A stretch of 64,000 bases of DNA from Actinomycetota bacterium. GTDB taxonomy: Bacteria; Actinomycetota; UBA4738. The stretch lies in NCBI GenBank assembly GCA_050692195.1, contig JBOGVA010000056.1:6700-70699 (forward strand). The letters are read 5' to 3'. The position numbers and the translations under genes were made by a program. Numbering within the stretch: position 1 is the stretch's first letter; each line of letters begins with the position of its first letter. The notes under the pieces were generated by a model. That model searched no databases, was not told the DNA's origin, and saw only the letters and a program-made list of their open reading frames with translations. Of the stretch, positions 1 to 8,916 are shown one piece after another.

Positions 1-302
1 TGGGCTTCGCCAAGACCACGGACCAGAGCCTCCTGCTGATGAAGGAGATAGACGCGCTCGCCGACCTCGGCCGGCCCGTGTTGGTGGGCCCCTCCAGGAA
101 GTCGTTCATCGGAGACGTCCTGGGGACAGAGGTCGGCCAGCGGATGGAGGGAACGGCGGGGGCCGTTGCCTGGATGGCGGCTCGTGGAGCCCACGTGGTG
201 CGGGTTCACGACGTCAAGGAGATGGTCCGGGTGGTGCGGGTCGTCGATGCGATCCGCCGGGCCGGCAAGGGAGATCCGTCGGGAGAGGGACCCGCTCGAT
301 GA
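1..302 (+). CDS. folP: dihydropteroate synthase, C-terminal fragment (5' end lies upstream of the window)
   Basis: The frame is open from base 3 (GFAKTTDQSLLLMKE...). It continues GRPVLVGPSRKSFIG...GTAGAVAWMAARGAHVVRVHDV, a typical DHPS C-terminus. folB and folK follow downstream. Confidence 0.85.
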   Translation, partial: GFAKTTDQSLLLMKEIDALADLGRPVLVGPSRKSFIGDVLGTEVGQRMEGTAGAVAWMAARGAHVVRVHDVKEMVRVVRVVDAIRRAGKGDPSGEGPAR

Positions 303-1192
303 GCCTGGTTCCCGAACTGAAGCGCACCAAGGTGCTCGGCGGAGAGATCGCCTACCTCGACCTGGGGGAAGGTCCAGCGGTGCTCCTTCTCCACGGGTTC
401 CCCACGTCGTCGTTCCTGTGGCGTCGGGAGGCCTGGCTCCTGGCCCAGCGGATGAGGGTCATCGCTCCGGACCTCCTCGGCTACGGCGAGAGCGACAAGG
501 CGGGGGATGCCGACCTTTCGGAGCCGGCTCAGGTGGGTTACGTGCTGGAGCTCTTGGATCGCCTTGGGATCCGTGAGCTGGCCGTGGTGGGGCATGACCT
601 CGGCGGCGCCATCGCTCAGATGCTGGCCCTGGACGGCGGCGTGGAGGTGCAGGCGCTGATCCTCCTGGACGCGGCATGCTTCGATGCCTGGCCCACGGAA
701 CCGGCCAGGCGGCTCCGGGCCGTGCCACCCGACCGGCAGACGGCTGTCGTCGCGGAAAGGGCTGTGCGGCGGTCCTTCGCGCAGGGCGTTGCTCACCACG
801 AGCGTCTCGCGGATGATGCCGTCCACTCCTACGTTCGTCCGTGGCTGGCGAACCCCGCCGCCTTGTTCCGAGCGGCCCGCGCAGTCACCGGGAAGGGCCT
901 GGCCGGACGGGAGGCGGATCTGGCCGACCTCGACATGGCGACACTCGTCATATGGGGGGAGGAGGACCCCTTCCTCAGCGCGGATCTCGCAGAGCGTCTG
1001 GGCGAGGCGATTCTGGGCTCGGCGGTGGCCCTGCTCCCGGGGTGCTCGCACTTCGTCACCGAGGACGCTCCCCAGACCGTCGGTCCCTTGATCTACGAGT
1101 ATCTTCGGTCCCGCTACCTGCGCGAGACCCATGCACACGCCGAGCCTGCTCGGATGCTGCTGCAACCCCCAACCCGCGGCGGGCCGACCTGA
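299..1192 (+). CDS. alpha/beta-fold hydrolase (haloalkane dehalogenase/epoxide hydrolase-like)
   Basis: 297-aa ORF with LLLHGFPTSSFLWR and VVGHDLGG motifs and a C-terminal GCSHFVTEDAP histidine region. Its ATG overlaps the folP stop (ATGA). Confidence 0.8.
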   Translation: MSLVPELKRTKVLGGEIAYLDLGEGPAVLLLHGFPTSSFLWRREAWLLAQRMRVIAPDLLGYGESDKAGDADLSEPAQVGYVLELLDRLGIRELAVVGHDLGGAIAQMLALDGGVEVQALILLDAACFDAWPTEPARRLRAVPPDRQTAVVAERAVRRSFAQGVAHHERLADDAVHSYVRPWLANPAALFRAARAVTGKGLAGREADLADLDMATLVIWGEEDPFLSADLAERLGEAILGSAVALLPGCSHFVTEDAPQTVGPLIYEYLRSRYLRETHAHAEPARMLLQPPTRGGPT

Positions 1193-1193
1193 C

Positions 1194-1655
1194 ATGGTGA
1201 CGATGGACCTGTCGCTCACGGAAGAGGAGCTCGAGTCCTTCTTGTCCGCGGGGCGAACCCTCAGACTGGCCACGTCGGGATCGGAGGGGCTCCCGCACGT
1301 GGTTCCTCTCTGGTACGTGTGGTTCAACGGGACGATCTTCATGAACTCGACCCTCGGAAACGTGACCATCCGCAACCTGCACGCAAACCCGAGGGTGGCG
1401 GCGATCGTGGACGACGGAGAGGCGTACCAGGAGCTCCGAGGCGTCCTCCTGCACGGCAGGGTGGAGCCGGCCGGCGACGATCCCCGCCTGGATGAGGTCT
1501 CGGCGCGGTGGTCCGAGAAGTACATGGAAGGAGGCCCGCTGCCCTACGGGCGGTGGAAGAACCGGGTGTGGCTGCGCATGACGCCTGATCGGATCAAGTC
1601 CTGGGACTTCCGGAAGATCCCGGAGGCCAAGGCAAAAGGCCAGGGCGGCCGGTGA
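1194..1655 (+). CDS. pyridoxamine 5'-phosphate oxidase-family (PPOX / F420-dependent-like) protein
   Basis: An internal ATG at 1194, right after the upstream stop, gives MVTMDLSLTEEELESFL..RLATSGSEGLPHVVPLWYVW..., a PPOX split-barrel signature. The longer ORF-track start at 1131 would overlap the hydrolase. Confidence 0.7.
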   Translation: MVTMDLSLTEEELESFLSAGRTLRLATSGSEGLPHVVPLWYVWFNGTIFMNSTLGNVTIRNLHANPRVAAIVDDGEAYQELRGVLLHGRVEPAGDDPRLDEVSARWSEKYMEGGPLPYGRWKNRVWLRMTPDRIKSWDFRKIPEAKAKGQGGR

Positions 1656-2002
1656 GCAGCTCCCGCATCCAGCTCACCGGGATCCGAGCGGAGGGGCGGC
1701 ATGGCGCGAGTCCCGGCGAGAGAGACCGACCGCAGGAGTTCGTGGTGGACCTCGATGTCCAGGTCGAAGTGGCGGCAGACTCCCTGGCGGAGACGGCCGA
1801 TTACCGAGTGGTTGCCGACACCGCGAGGGCGGTCGTGAGCGGCAGGTCGCTGATCCTGCTGGAGTCCCTGGCCCAGGCGGTGGCGGAAGCGATCCAGGGG
1901 CTCGATTCGGTGCGCGTGGTGACCGTCGTCGTGCACAAACCTTCGGCCGCGGACAGGATGGGCGTGCGCGACGTCTCCGCTCGTTTCTCCCTTGGAGGCT
2001 GA
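1652..2002 (+). CDS. folB: dihydroneopterin aldolase
   Basis: 116 aa. IQLTGIRAEGRHGASPGERDRPQEFVVDLDV is typical of FolB. The GTG start overlaps the upstream stop, and the gene sits between folP and folK. Confidence 0.85.
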   Translation: MSSSRIQLTGIRAEGRHGASPGERDRPQEFVVDLDVQVEVAADSLAETADYRVVADTARAVVSGRSLILLESLAQAVAEAIQGLDSVRVVTVVVHKPSAADRMGVRDVSARFSLGG

Positions 2003-2549
2003 CCAGACGGAGCGCGGGTCTCACGCCGTGACGCCGGGGGGCGCCGACGGTCGGGTCCGGGCGTTCCTCGGGCTGGGCTCGAACCTGGGGGATCGGCTGG
2101 GCAACCTGCAGGGGGCGGTCGACCTGCTGGCCCGGAGGGATGGCCTGGCCGTCGTCCGCTCTTCGCGCGTCTACGAGACGGAGCCGGTAGGCCCGGCCCA
2201 GCCCGATTACCTGAACGCCGTCCTGGAGGTGTCGACCTCCTTGTCGGCGGCGCAGCTTCTGGAGTGCTGCATGGCCGTGGAGGACGAGATGGGCAGGCAG
2301 CGCGGAGAGCGGTGGGGGCCTCGCGTGATCGACGTCGACCTTCTCACCTACGGGCGAGAGGAGATCGACGAACCCGGACTCCTGGTACCTCACCCAAGGA
2401 TGCACGAGCGGCTCTTCGTGCTCGCGCCACTGTTGGAGCTGGAGCCCGATCCCCACCTGCCCGCGGGCAGGCGCGTATCCTCCCTGCGGCTCGGACCCAC
2501 CTCCTTCACCGCCGTCCGGCCGTTCGCCTCCGCCTTACGGGTTCCGTAG
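1992..2549 (+). CDS. folK: 2-amino-4-hydroxy-6-hydroxymethyldihydropteridine pyrophosphokinase
   Basis: AFLGLGSNLGDR, SRVYETEPVG, QPDYLNAVLEV, RWGPRVIDVDLL and HPRMHERLFVLAPL are HPPK motifs. The start is uncertain: TTG 1992 or GTG 2028. Confidence 0.9.
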   Translation: MEADQTERGSHAVTPGGADGRVRAFLGLGSNLGDRLGNLQGAVDLLARRDGLAVVRSSRVYETEPVGPAQPDYLNAVLEVSTSLSAAQLLECCMAVEDEMGRQRGERWGPRVIDVDLLTYGREEIDEPGLLVPHPRMHERLFVLAPLLELEPDPHLPAGRRVSSLRLGPTSFTAVRPFASALRVP

Positions 2550-2766
2550 GTCCTGGGCCTCACCCGCTCCAGGTCTAGGCCGTTCGGCCTGATCGTGCCG
2601 GCGGCGACGGTCTTTCGATCTGGATGCGGCATCACCCGCGGACCGGCAGGTTCCAGGTTCTTCGGGGGATCACTTCGAGCCTTCCGGGCGATGTTTCCTC
2701 CCCCCGTTCGTGTCACAACTGTGGCATGCAGGCGAAGGCCGGGTCGCCGAGCCAGGGGAGGTCCAT

Positions 2767-4467
2767 GTGACGGGTGAGCAAGTGAAGGCGGTCGCCACCC
2801 CGCCGACGGGCGTCAGGATCTTGGTCGGTCTGCTGACCGCGCTGACTCTCGTGGGCTGCAGTCTCGAGGTCGCCCCCAGCGTCTCAGTTCAGGTCAAGGC
2901 TCATCCCGCCCTTCTGCAAGACGCCGAAGACGGCGGTCGGGCAGCCTTCCCGCTGATCGTCCGAGAGTCCGATCCGTCAAGCCCCGACGCGGAAGGGGCG
3001 GTCGAGCGACTCGGAGGAACGGTCATCCACCAGCTCCCGATCGTGGGTGGCTTCTCCGCGCGGCTCCCGGGCGCATCGCTCCCCGGCCTTCTGAGCTCCC
3101 CGTCGGTCGCCCGGGTTTGGGGTGACGGCAGGGTCCACATGAGTGGCCACGACGACGAGGATCCGGACTCATGGACCGAGGCTTGGAAGAAGAGCATCCG
3201 GCTCCCCAGAGCGCGCAGGGGAGTGGACGGCTCGGGAGTGACGGTTGCGCTTCTGGACACGGGCATCACCCAGGTTGCCGACCTGGAGGACCGTGTGCTG
3301 GCCCGGGTGGACTTCACGCCCGATCAGGATGGCTACGACCGGTACGGCCACGGGACGCACATGGCCGGGATCATCGCAGGCGACGGGAGCCTCTCAGGCG
3401 GCACGCATGCAGGTGTTGCTCCAGGGGCCAGCCTGGTGTCGGTGAAGGTCGCATCGGCCGACGGAGCGACCGACGTGTCCGTCGTGATCGCCGGGATGCA
3501 GTGGATCCTGGCCCACCGATCCCAGTACGACATCCGGATCATGAACCTGTCGTTCGGGACGGACTCGACGCAGAGCTACCTGGTCGACCCACTCGACTTC
3601 GCGGTGGAGCAGATCTGGCTTGCCGGCATCTTCGTGGTGGTGGCGGCGGGCAACCGAGGACTCGCCGGCGTCTCCAAGCCCGCTGACGACCCATTCGTGG
3701 TGACGGTCGGGGCCGCGGATGTGGGCGACACCAAGGAGACCCGTGACGACGTGGTCGCGAGCTTCTCCGGCCGCGGGCCGACGCAGGATGCCGTGGCCAA
3801 GCCGGACCTCGTCGCCCCGGGCGTGGGGATCGTCTCCAACCGTGCCGCCGGAAGCACCCTGGACGGGCGATTCCCGGCAGCCCGGATCGGGGACGACTAC
3901 TTCAGGGGCACCGGCACGTCCCAGGCTTCCGCCGTCGTCTCGGGGGTGGCCGCCCTCATGCTCGACGCCGAGCCGACGGCGACGCCCGACGTGCTCAAGG
4001 CGGCCCTCGTGGGTACGGCGGGTGGTCGGATCGCCAGGTTCGACGGAGCCGGGGCCGGCATGGTGGACGCGCAGGAGGCGGTCAAGCGCGCGGACACCGG
4101 TTTCTTCAGGAGGCACCCGGCCAATCGAGGTATCGTGCCGTCCACCGGCCTGGGGTCGCTCGAGTTGAGCCGTGGCTCGCTCCACGTCCGCGCCGACCTG
4201 GACGGCGACGACGTCATGGACGTCGTGAGCGGAGAGATCGACGTCCTCGGAAACCCATGGTCTCCGAGCTCCTGGCTGGCCCCCTGGTCGGCGAACTCGT
4301 GGTCCATGTACGTGTCCGTGGCCGAGGGATGGGGTGGCAACTCCTGGAGCGGCGATTCCTGGAGCGGCGATTCCTGGAGCGGGAACTCCTGGAACGGTAA
4401 CTCCTGGGGTGTGGCCGAGCTCGGCCTGGACACCCTGGTCTTGCGGTACGGGAACTCCTGGAGCTGA
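2767..4467 (+). CDS. subtilisin-like S8 serine peptidase, lipoprotein, with a Trp-rich C-terminal repeat tail
   Basis: Asp/His/Ser triad motifs VALLDTGI, HGTHMAGIIAG and GTSQASAVVSGVAAL. Lipobox LLTALTLVGCS. GTG 2767 is preceded by GGGGAGG. The last ~75 aa carry about 9 [ND]SW motifs. Confidence 0.9.
   Translation: MTGEQVKAVATPPTGVRILVGLLTALTLVGCSLEVAPSVSVQVKAHPALLQDAEDGGRAAFPLIVRESDPSSPDAEGAVERLGGTVIHQLPIVGGFSARLPGASLPGLLSSPSVARVWGDGRVHMSGHDDEDPDSWTEAWKKSIRLPRARRGVDGSGVTVALLDTGITQVADLEDRVLARVDFTPDQDGYDRYGHGTHMAGIIAGDGSLSGGTHAGVAPGASLVSVKVASADGATDVSVVIAGMQWILAHRSQYDIRIMNLSFGTDSTQSYLVDPLDFAVEQIWLAGIFVVVAAGNRGLAGVSKPADDPFVVTVGAADVGDTKETRDDVVASFSGRGPTQDAVAKPDLVAPGVGIVSNRAAGSTLDGRFPAARIGDDYFRGTGTSQASAVVSGVAALMLDAEPTATPDVLKAALVGTAGGRIARFDGAGAGMVDAQEAVKRADTGFFRRHPANRGIVPSTGLGSLELSRGSLHVRADLDGDDVMDVVSGEIDVLGNPWSPSSWLAPWSANSWSMYVSVAEGWGGNSWSGDSWSGDSWSGNSWNGNSWGVAELGLDTLVLRYGNSWS
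4336..4410 (+). repeat. in-frame tandem repeat, 5 x 15 nt (GGCGATTCCTGGAGC-like) encoding G-[ND]-S-W-[SNG]
   Basis: Read directly: ggcaactcctggagc / ggcgattcctggagc / ggcgattcctggagc / gggaactcctggaac / ggtaactcctggggt. It lies inside the S8 peptidase C-terminus. Confidence 0.85.
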
Positions 4468-4473
4468 CGGGCA

Positions 4474-6237
4474 ATGGAGAGCAACCGTTCACTTCCGATG
4501 TCGGCCCGCTTCCTCATCGTGTCGATGGCGGCCGTCGGCGTGGCCATCGTCGCGAGCCGGCTTCCCGATGTCGCGCAGTGGGATCGAGCGGATCTGCTGG
4601 CGTGGGCGGCGCTCGCGGCGACCATCGCCGTCACCGAGCAGTTCCCCATCCCACTTCGCCACCGCACCGAGACCCTCAACTTCTCGATGACCGAGGCCGT
4701 GTGGGTGGGGGCGCTGATCCTGGCCCGGCCCAGCGCCCTCACCCTCGCCGTGGCGGTGGGGTTGCTGGTGGGACAGCTCATCAGGCGGTGGGCCCCCTAC
4801 AAAGTCGCCTTCAACGTGGGTCAGTTCCTGCTGGCCCTGACCGTCGCCCAGCTCGTCTACGACGCGATGAAGTCGGGGGGCACCCTCCACCCCAGGGCCT
4901 GGATGGCGGCCGCGGTGGCCATGGCGTGCTATGCGGTGGTCAACGCAGGACTCGTCGCCCTGATCATCTCTCGGGTCGAGCGGAAGTCCTTCAGGGAGGT
5001 GCTCGTTCCTCCGCTGCGGGTGAACGCCCTTCACTACGCCGCGAACACGGCCATCGGCCTCGAAGGCGCGGTCGTCTGGGCGGTCAGCCCGCTCGGGCTA
5101 CCCTTGCTGGTGATCCCGTTGATCCTGGCCTACGTGGCCTACCGGACCCTGGTACGAAGCCTGCGCGAAGGAGACCGCGTCCGGAACCTGATCATCGAGA
5201 ACGCCTCGGACGGGATCCTCCTCACCTCTTTGGACTACACCATCCTGTCGTGGAACCCCGCGATGGAGCGGATCACCGGCTTTCCAAAGGACGAGGCGAT
5301 CGGAGGAAACTGGAGAGACGTGCTGTGCTTGAGCGAGTCCAATGGGGATGCCCCCGAGCGCTCGGGTAACGGGCACGGGCCGCAGGCGGGCACGAGCGCA
5401 CGGATCCTCAGGAAGAACGGCACCGAGGGCTGGATCCAGTACTCGTCCAACACCATGAGCTCGCGAGACGGCAAGGTCAGCGCCATGGTCCTGGTCGTCC
5501 ACGACGTGACCGCCGAGCGCGAAGCGGATCAGCTCAAGTCGGACTTCGTGGCCACCATCTCCCACGAGCTACGAACACCCCTCACCCCGCTGAAGGGCTT
5601 CCTGTCCACCTTGCTCCAGGGCACCGTGGATGCCTCGGAGGAGGCGAGACAGGAGTACTACCAGATCATGCTGAAGCAGACGAACCGACTGGAGCGCTTG
5701 ATCACCGACCTGCTGGAGGTCTCGCGGGTCGAGTCCGCGGAACCCCTGATCGACTGTCACCCGGTGGAGCTCTCCGCTCCTATCTCCGAGCATATCCGCG
5801 CGTTCCTGGACCAGCACCCCGGCCGCATCATCCGGATGCACGTGCCTGCGCGTCCCATCATGGTGCAGGCTGACCCTTCTCCCCTGGGCCTGGTGGTGAG
5901 CAATCTCATCTCCAACGCTCTGAAGTACTCGCCACCGGACGCCCCGGTGGAGGTGACCGTGGCGGTCGGCCAGGACCGGGCGATCATCTCCGTGCACGAC
6001 CAAGGGGACGGCATCCCGCTGATCGAGCAGGGCAGGATCTTCGACCGCTTCTACCAGGTGGAGAGCGGGCACACCCGGAGCACCGGTGGGGCGGGACTGG
6101 GGCTGTACATCGCCAGGCGGCTGGTGGAGGCGATGTCGGGCCGGCTGTGGGTCGACTCCGAGCCGGGCCGCGGGTCCACCTTCTCCTTCAGCCTTCCCCT
6201 GGCACAGGAACGGTCCGCAACTCGCGTCGCGGTCTAG
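4474..6237 (+). CDS. sensor histidine kinase with multi-TM N-terminus and PAS domain (no adjacent response regulator)
   Basis: Hydrophobic N-terminal ~230 aa. PAS-like ENASDGILLTSLDYTILSWNPAMERITG. H-box SHELRTPLTPLKG. ATP-binding GGAGLGLYIARRLVEAMSGRLWVDSEPGRGSTFSF. Confidence 0.9.
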   Translation: MESNRSLPMSARFLIVSMAAVGVAIVASRLPDVAQWDRADLLAWAALAATIAVTEQFPIPLRHRTETLNFSMTEAVWVGALILARPSALTLAVAVGLLVGQLIRRWAPYKVAFNVGQFLLALTVAQLVYDAMKSGGTLHPRAWMAAAVAMACYAVVNAGLVALIISRVERKSFREVLVPPLRVNALHYAANTAIGLEGAVVWAVSPLGLPLLVIPLILAYVAYRTLVRSLREGDRVRNLIIENASDGILLTSLDYTILSWNPAMERITGFPKDEAIGGNWRDVLCLSESNGDAPERSGNGHGPQAGTSARILRKNGTEGWIQYSSNTMSSRDGKVSAMVLVVHDVTAEREADQLKSDFVATISHELRTPLTPLKGFLSTLLQGTVDASEEARQEYYQIMLKQTNRLERLITDLLEVSRVESAEPLIDCHPVELSAPISEHIRAFLDQHPGRIIRMHVPARPIMVQADPSPLGLVVSNLISNALKYSPPDAPVEVTVAVGQDRAIISVHDQGDGIPLIEQGRIFDRFYQVESGHTRSTGGAGLGLYIARRLVEAMSGRLWVDSEPGRGSTFSFSLPLAQERSATRVAV

Positions 6238-6383
6238 ACGCCACCCGTCGCCGCTCGCCCCGATCCCAGCTTCCGACGGCGCCGACGGGCGCGGTGGCTA
6301 TACTCGGCCGTCCGGTATCCGACCTGACACGAGGACCCGGAACGATCGATGCGAACCGTGCTCTCACGGCCCGCCCGACCTCG

Positions 6384-7250
6384 GTGGCCATCATCGGGGC
6401 GGGCAGGGTGGCCACCGCCCTCGCCGTCCTGCTCGAGCGAGCCGGTCACCGCGTGGTGGCCGCCAGCGGACGCGAGCGAACCAGGGACCGCGTCACCCGC
6501 TACCTGACGTCCACCCGTTTCCTTCCCGCCGAGGTGTCGCACCAGGCGGCCCGGGCCGGAACCGTGGTCATCCTGGGCGTACCGGACGACCTGATCGCCG
6601 GCGTTTGCGCCGAGATGGCGGGGATGGGAGCGTTCCTTCCCAGCCACCACGTCTTGCACCTGTCGGGATCCGTGGGGCTGGAGGCGCTGGCGCCGGCGCG
6701 AGAGCTGGGCGCAGAGGTGCTCTCCTTGCATCCTCTTCAGGCCTTCCCGAGCGTCTCCGACGGGGTCGAGCGATTACCTGGCAGCGCCATCGCCGTGACC
6801 GCCGAGGTGGAGTCCGGCTTCACCCTGGGTGAGGCGCTCGCCCGAGACGTCGGAGGGAGGCCGTTCCGCCTTCGTGATGAGGTGAAGCCTCTTTACCACG
6901 CCGCAGCCGTCTTCTGCTCGAACTACCTGGTGGTGGTGGAGGCCATGGCCGAGCGCCTCTTTCGCCTGGCGGGACTGGAGGAGCCGCTCCCGTTGTTCTC
7001 CCCCCTTGCTCGGTCGACCCTCGAGGCGACGCTCACCCGCGGTCCCGGGGAGGCCTTGACGGGACCGGCGGTCCGCGGAGACGTCGGGACCATCGCCCGG
7101 AACCTGGAGGCCCTGGCCGTCCGTGCTCCCTCCGCCGTGCCGCCGTACGTGGCGCTGGCCTCCGCGGCCGCCGGCCTGGCCTTCGAGCGCGGGCGCCTCT
7201 CGCCGGATGACATGGAGAGGTTGGACGAGGTGCTGAAGCGGTGGAGGTGA
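6384..7250 (+). CDS. Rossmann-fold / DUF2520-type oxidoreductase-like protein preceding panC
   Basis: VAIIGAGRVATALAVLLERAGHRVV dinucleotide-binding start, and a conserved position upstream of panC in actinobacteria. GTG 6384 is preferred over the ORF-track start 6147, which overlaps the kinase gene. Confidence 0.75.
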   Translation: MAIIGAGRVATALAVLLERAGHRVVAASGRERTRDRVTRYLTSTRFLPAEVSHQAARAGTVVILGVPDDLIAGVCAEMAGMGAFLPSHHVLHLSGSVGLEALAPARELGAEVLSLHPLQAFPSVSDGVERLPGSAIAVTAEVESGFTLGEALARDVGGRPFRLRDEVKPLYHAAAVFCSNYLVVVEAMAERLFRLAGLEEPLPLFSPLARSTLEATLTRGPGEALTGPAVRGDVGTIARNLEALAVRAPSAVPPYVALASAAAGLAFERGRLSPDDMERLDEVLKRWR

Positions 7251-8137
7251 CCACGTCCGCGCAGCGATTCCGGGAGGCGGCGGACGAAGCCAGAGGCCGA
7301 GGGCGGGACCTTGGGTTCGTCCCCACGATGGGCGCGCTTCATCAGGGCCACGGCCGGCTCCTCAAGAGCGCCCGGGACGAGTGTGGGTTCGTGGCGATGT
7401 CCATCTTCGTGAACCCCTTTCAGTTCGACTCCCAGGGCGACCTCGACACCTATCCGCGCAGGCTCCAGGCCGACAGCGCGGTGGGCGCCGCGCTCGGGTG
7501 CGACCTCGTGTTCGCCCCCGCAGAGGCCGAGATGTACCCTGCCGGCCGGTCGGAGGTCACCGTCGACCCCGGCCCGCTGGGCGACCGCCTGGAGGGGCGG
7601 TCCCGGCCCGGACACTTCCGGGGTGTCCTCACCGTGGTTGCCAAGCTGTTCAGCCTGGCCGGCCCGTGCCGGGCCTATTTTGGAGAGAAGGACGCCCAGC
7701 AGCTCGCGTTGGTGCGGCGGATGGTGGATGACCTGAACGCCCCCGTGACGGTGGTGGGGTGTCCCACCGTGCGCGAGATCGATGGCCTGGCCCTGTCCTC
7801 ACGCAACATGCTGCTGCCTCCGGAGGAGCGCCGCGCGGCGCCCGTCCTGTTCGAGGCCCTGTCGACCGCCGCCGGGTTGGTGCGGAAAGGAGAGCGCGGT
7901 GCCGACGTCATCCGGGCGACCATCGCCAGGCAGATCGGGGCGGAGCCGCTGGCCCGGCTGGATTACGTTGCCGTCGTGGACGATTCGAGCTGGGAGGAAG
8001 CCGCGGTGATCGAGGGGCCTGCCCGTGCCCTGGTGGCGGCGCGCTTCGGCGCCGTCAGGCTCATCGACAACCTGGTCCTACCGTGGGACGCGGGCGAGAG
8101 CAGGCACAATACGGGCGAGTCGCGAGGAGCCACTTGA
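7241..8137 (+). CDS. panC: pantoate--beta-alanine ligase
   Basis: GFVPTMGALHQGH and SIFVNPFQF motifs. The stop overlaps the coaX start (TGATG). Confidence 0.9.
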   Translation: MEVTTSAQRFREAADEARGRGRDLGFVPTMGALHQGHGRLLKSARDECGFVAMSIFVNPFQFDSQGDLDTYPRRLQADSAVGAALGCDLVFAPAEAEMYPAGRSEVTVDPGPLGDRLEGRSRPGHFRGVLTVVAKLFSLAGPCRAYFGEKDAQQLALVRRMVDDLNAPVTVVGCPTVREIDGLALSSRNMLLPPEERRAAPVLFEALSTAAGLVRKGERGADVIRATIARQIGAEPLARLDYVAVVDDSSWEEAAVIEGPARALVAARFGAVRLIDNLVLPWDAGESRHNTGESRGAT

Positions 8138-8916
8138 TGCTGTTGGCGGTCGACGTGGGCAATACGCAAACGATGCTGGGCGTCTTCGACGGTGATCGCC
8201 TCGCCTCGCACTGGCGGATTGCCACGCGGCGAGAACGGACCGCGGACGAGCTGGCGCTGCTGTTCGGCGGGTTCCTCCAACAGGAGAGCCTCTCGTTCTC
8301 GAAGCAGATCACGGGGGTGGTCATCGCGAGCGTGGTTCCCGACCAGACCCAGGCGCTGCGCGAGATGGTGCGCGACTATTTCCACTTCTCTCCCGTGATC
8401 GTGGAGCCAGGGATAAGGACGGGGATCCCCATCCTGACCGACAACCCGAAGGAGGTTGGCGCCGACCGCATCGTGAATGCGCTGGCGGCGTTCTCCAGAT
8501 ACGGCGGTCCATGCATCGTGGTGGACTTCGGGACGGCCACCACCTACGACGCGGTCTCGGGGGATGGGGAGTACCTGGGGGGGGCCATCGCCCCCGGGAT
8601 CCAGGTCTCCGGGGCCGCTCTGTTCGCCGCTGCCGCTCGCCTGCCTCGCGTGGAGATCAGGGTCCCCCGCTCCGTTATCGGCAAGAACACAGTGGAGAGC
8701 GTGCAGTCGGGCCTTCTGTTCGGCACTGCCGCGGAGGTGGACGGGATCGTGGAGCGTATGCAGAAGGAGCTCGGAGGGGGAGCCACCGTTGTGGCGACGG
8801 GGGGGCTGGCCGAGCCGGTCGTGTCCGCCTGTCACACTGTCCAGCACCACGAGCCCTGGCTCACCTTGGAGGGGCTGCGGCTCGTCTTCGAGAAGAACAC
8901 CACCCGGGATGACTGA
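8137..8916 (+). CDS. coaX: type III pantothenate kinase
   Basis: The internal ATG at 8137 gives MLLAVDVGNTQTMLGVF...GADRIVNA...VDFGTATT. The ORF-track extension back to 7759 overlaps panC. Confidence 0.9.
   Translation: MLLAVDVGNTQTMLGVFDGDRLASHWRIATRRERTADELALLFGGFLQQESLSFSKQITGVVIASVVPDQTQALREMVRDYFHFSPVIVEPGIRTGIPILTDNPKEVGADRIVNALAAFSRYGGPCIVVDFGTATTYDAVSGDGEYLGGAIAPGIQVSGAALFAAAARLPRVEIRVPRSVIGKNTVESVQSGLLFGTAAEVDGIVERMQKELGGGATVVATGGLAEPVVSACHTVQHHEPWLTLEGLRLVFEKNTTRDD

Noticed and set aside
206-1525. Long antisense or alternate-frame ORFs throughout the window. Examples are 206-1525 (-), 9308-10663 (-), 34537-36120 (+), 45190-48120 (+), 59380-61230 (+) and 53942-55051 (-).
   Set aside because: Their translations are Arg/Pro/Gly/Ala-rich low-complexity strings. 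Each fully overlaps a CDS with clear family motifs on the other strand or frame. This is the usual shadow-ORF artefact of high-GC DNA.
4336-4410. Possibility that the tandem repeats at 4336-4410 and 58370-59110 are CRISPR-like or non-coding satellite arrays.
   Set aside because: The units are 15 nt or irregular with no spacers. They are in frame inside long ORFs and translate to coherent peptide repeats. No cas genes are present.
7759-8136. N-terminal extensions in the ORF track. They are: coaX from 7759, lysS from 8477, ligase from 23304, otsA to 36576, Rrf2 from 37659, CheY-like from 53468, PrmC-like from 56664, Vgb-like to 23725 and amidohydrolase to 44012.
   Set aside because: The extensions overlap the preceding well-supported gene or an operator. 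They are compositionally shadow-like. Internal ATG/GTG codons give N-termini that match the family and often have an SD or a stop-start overlap.
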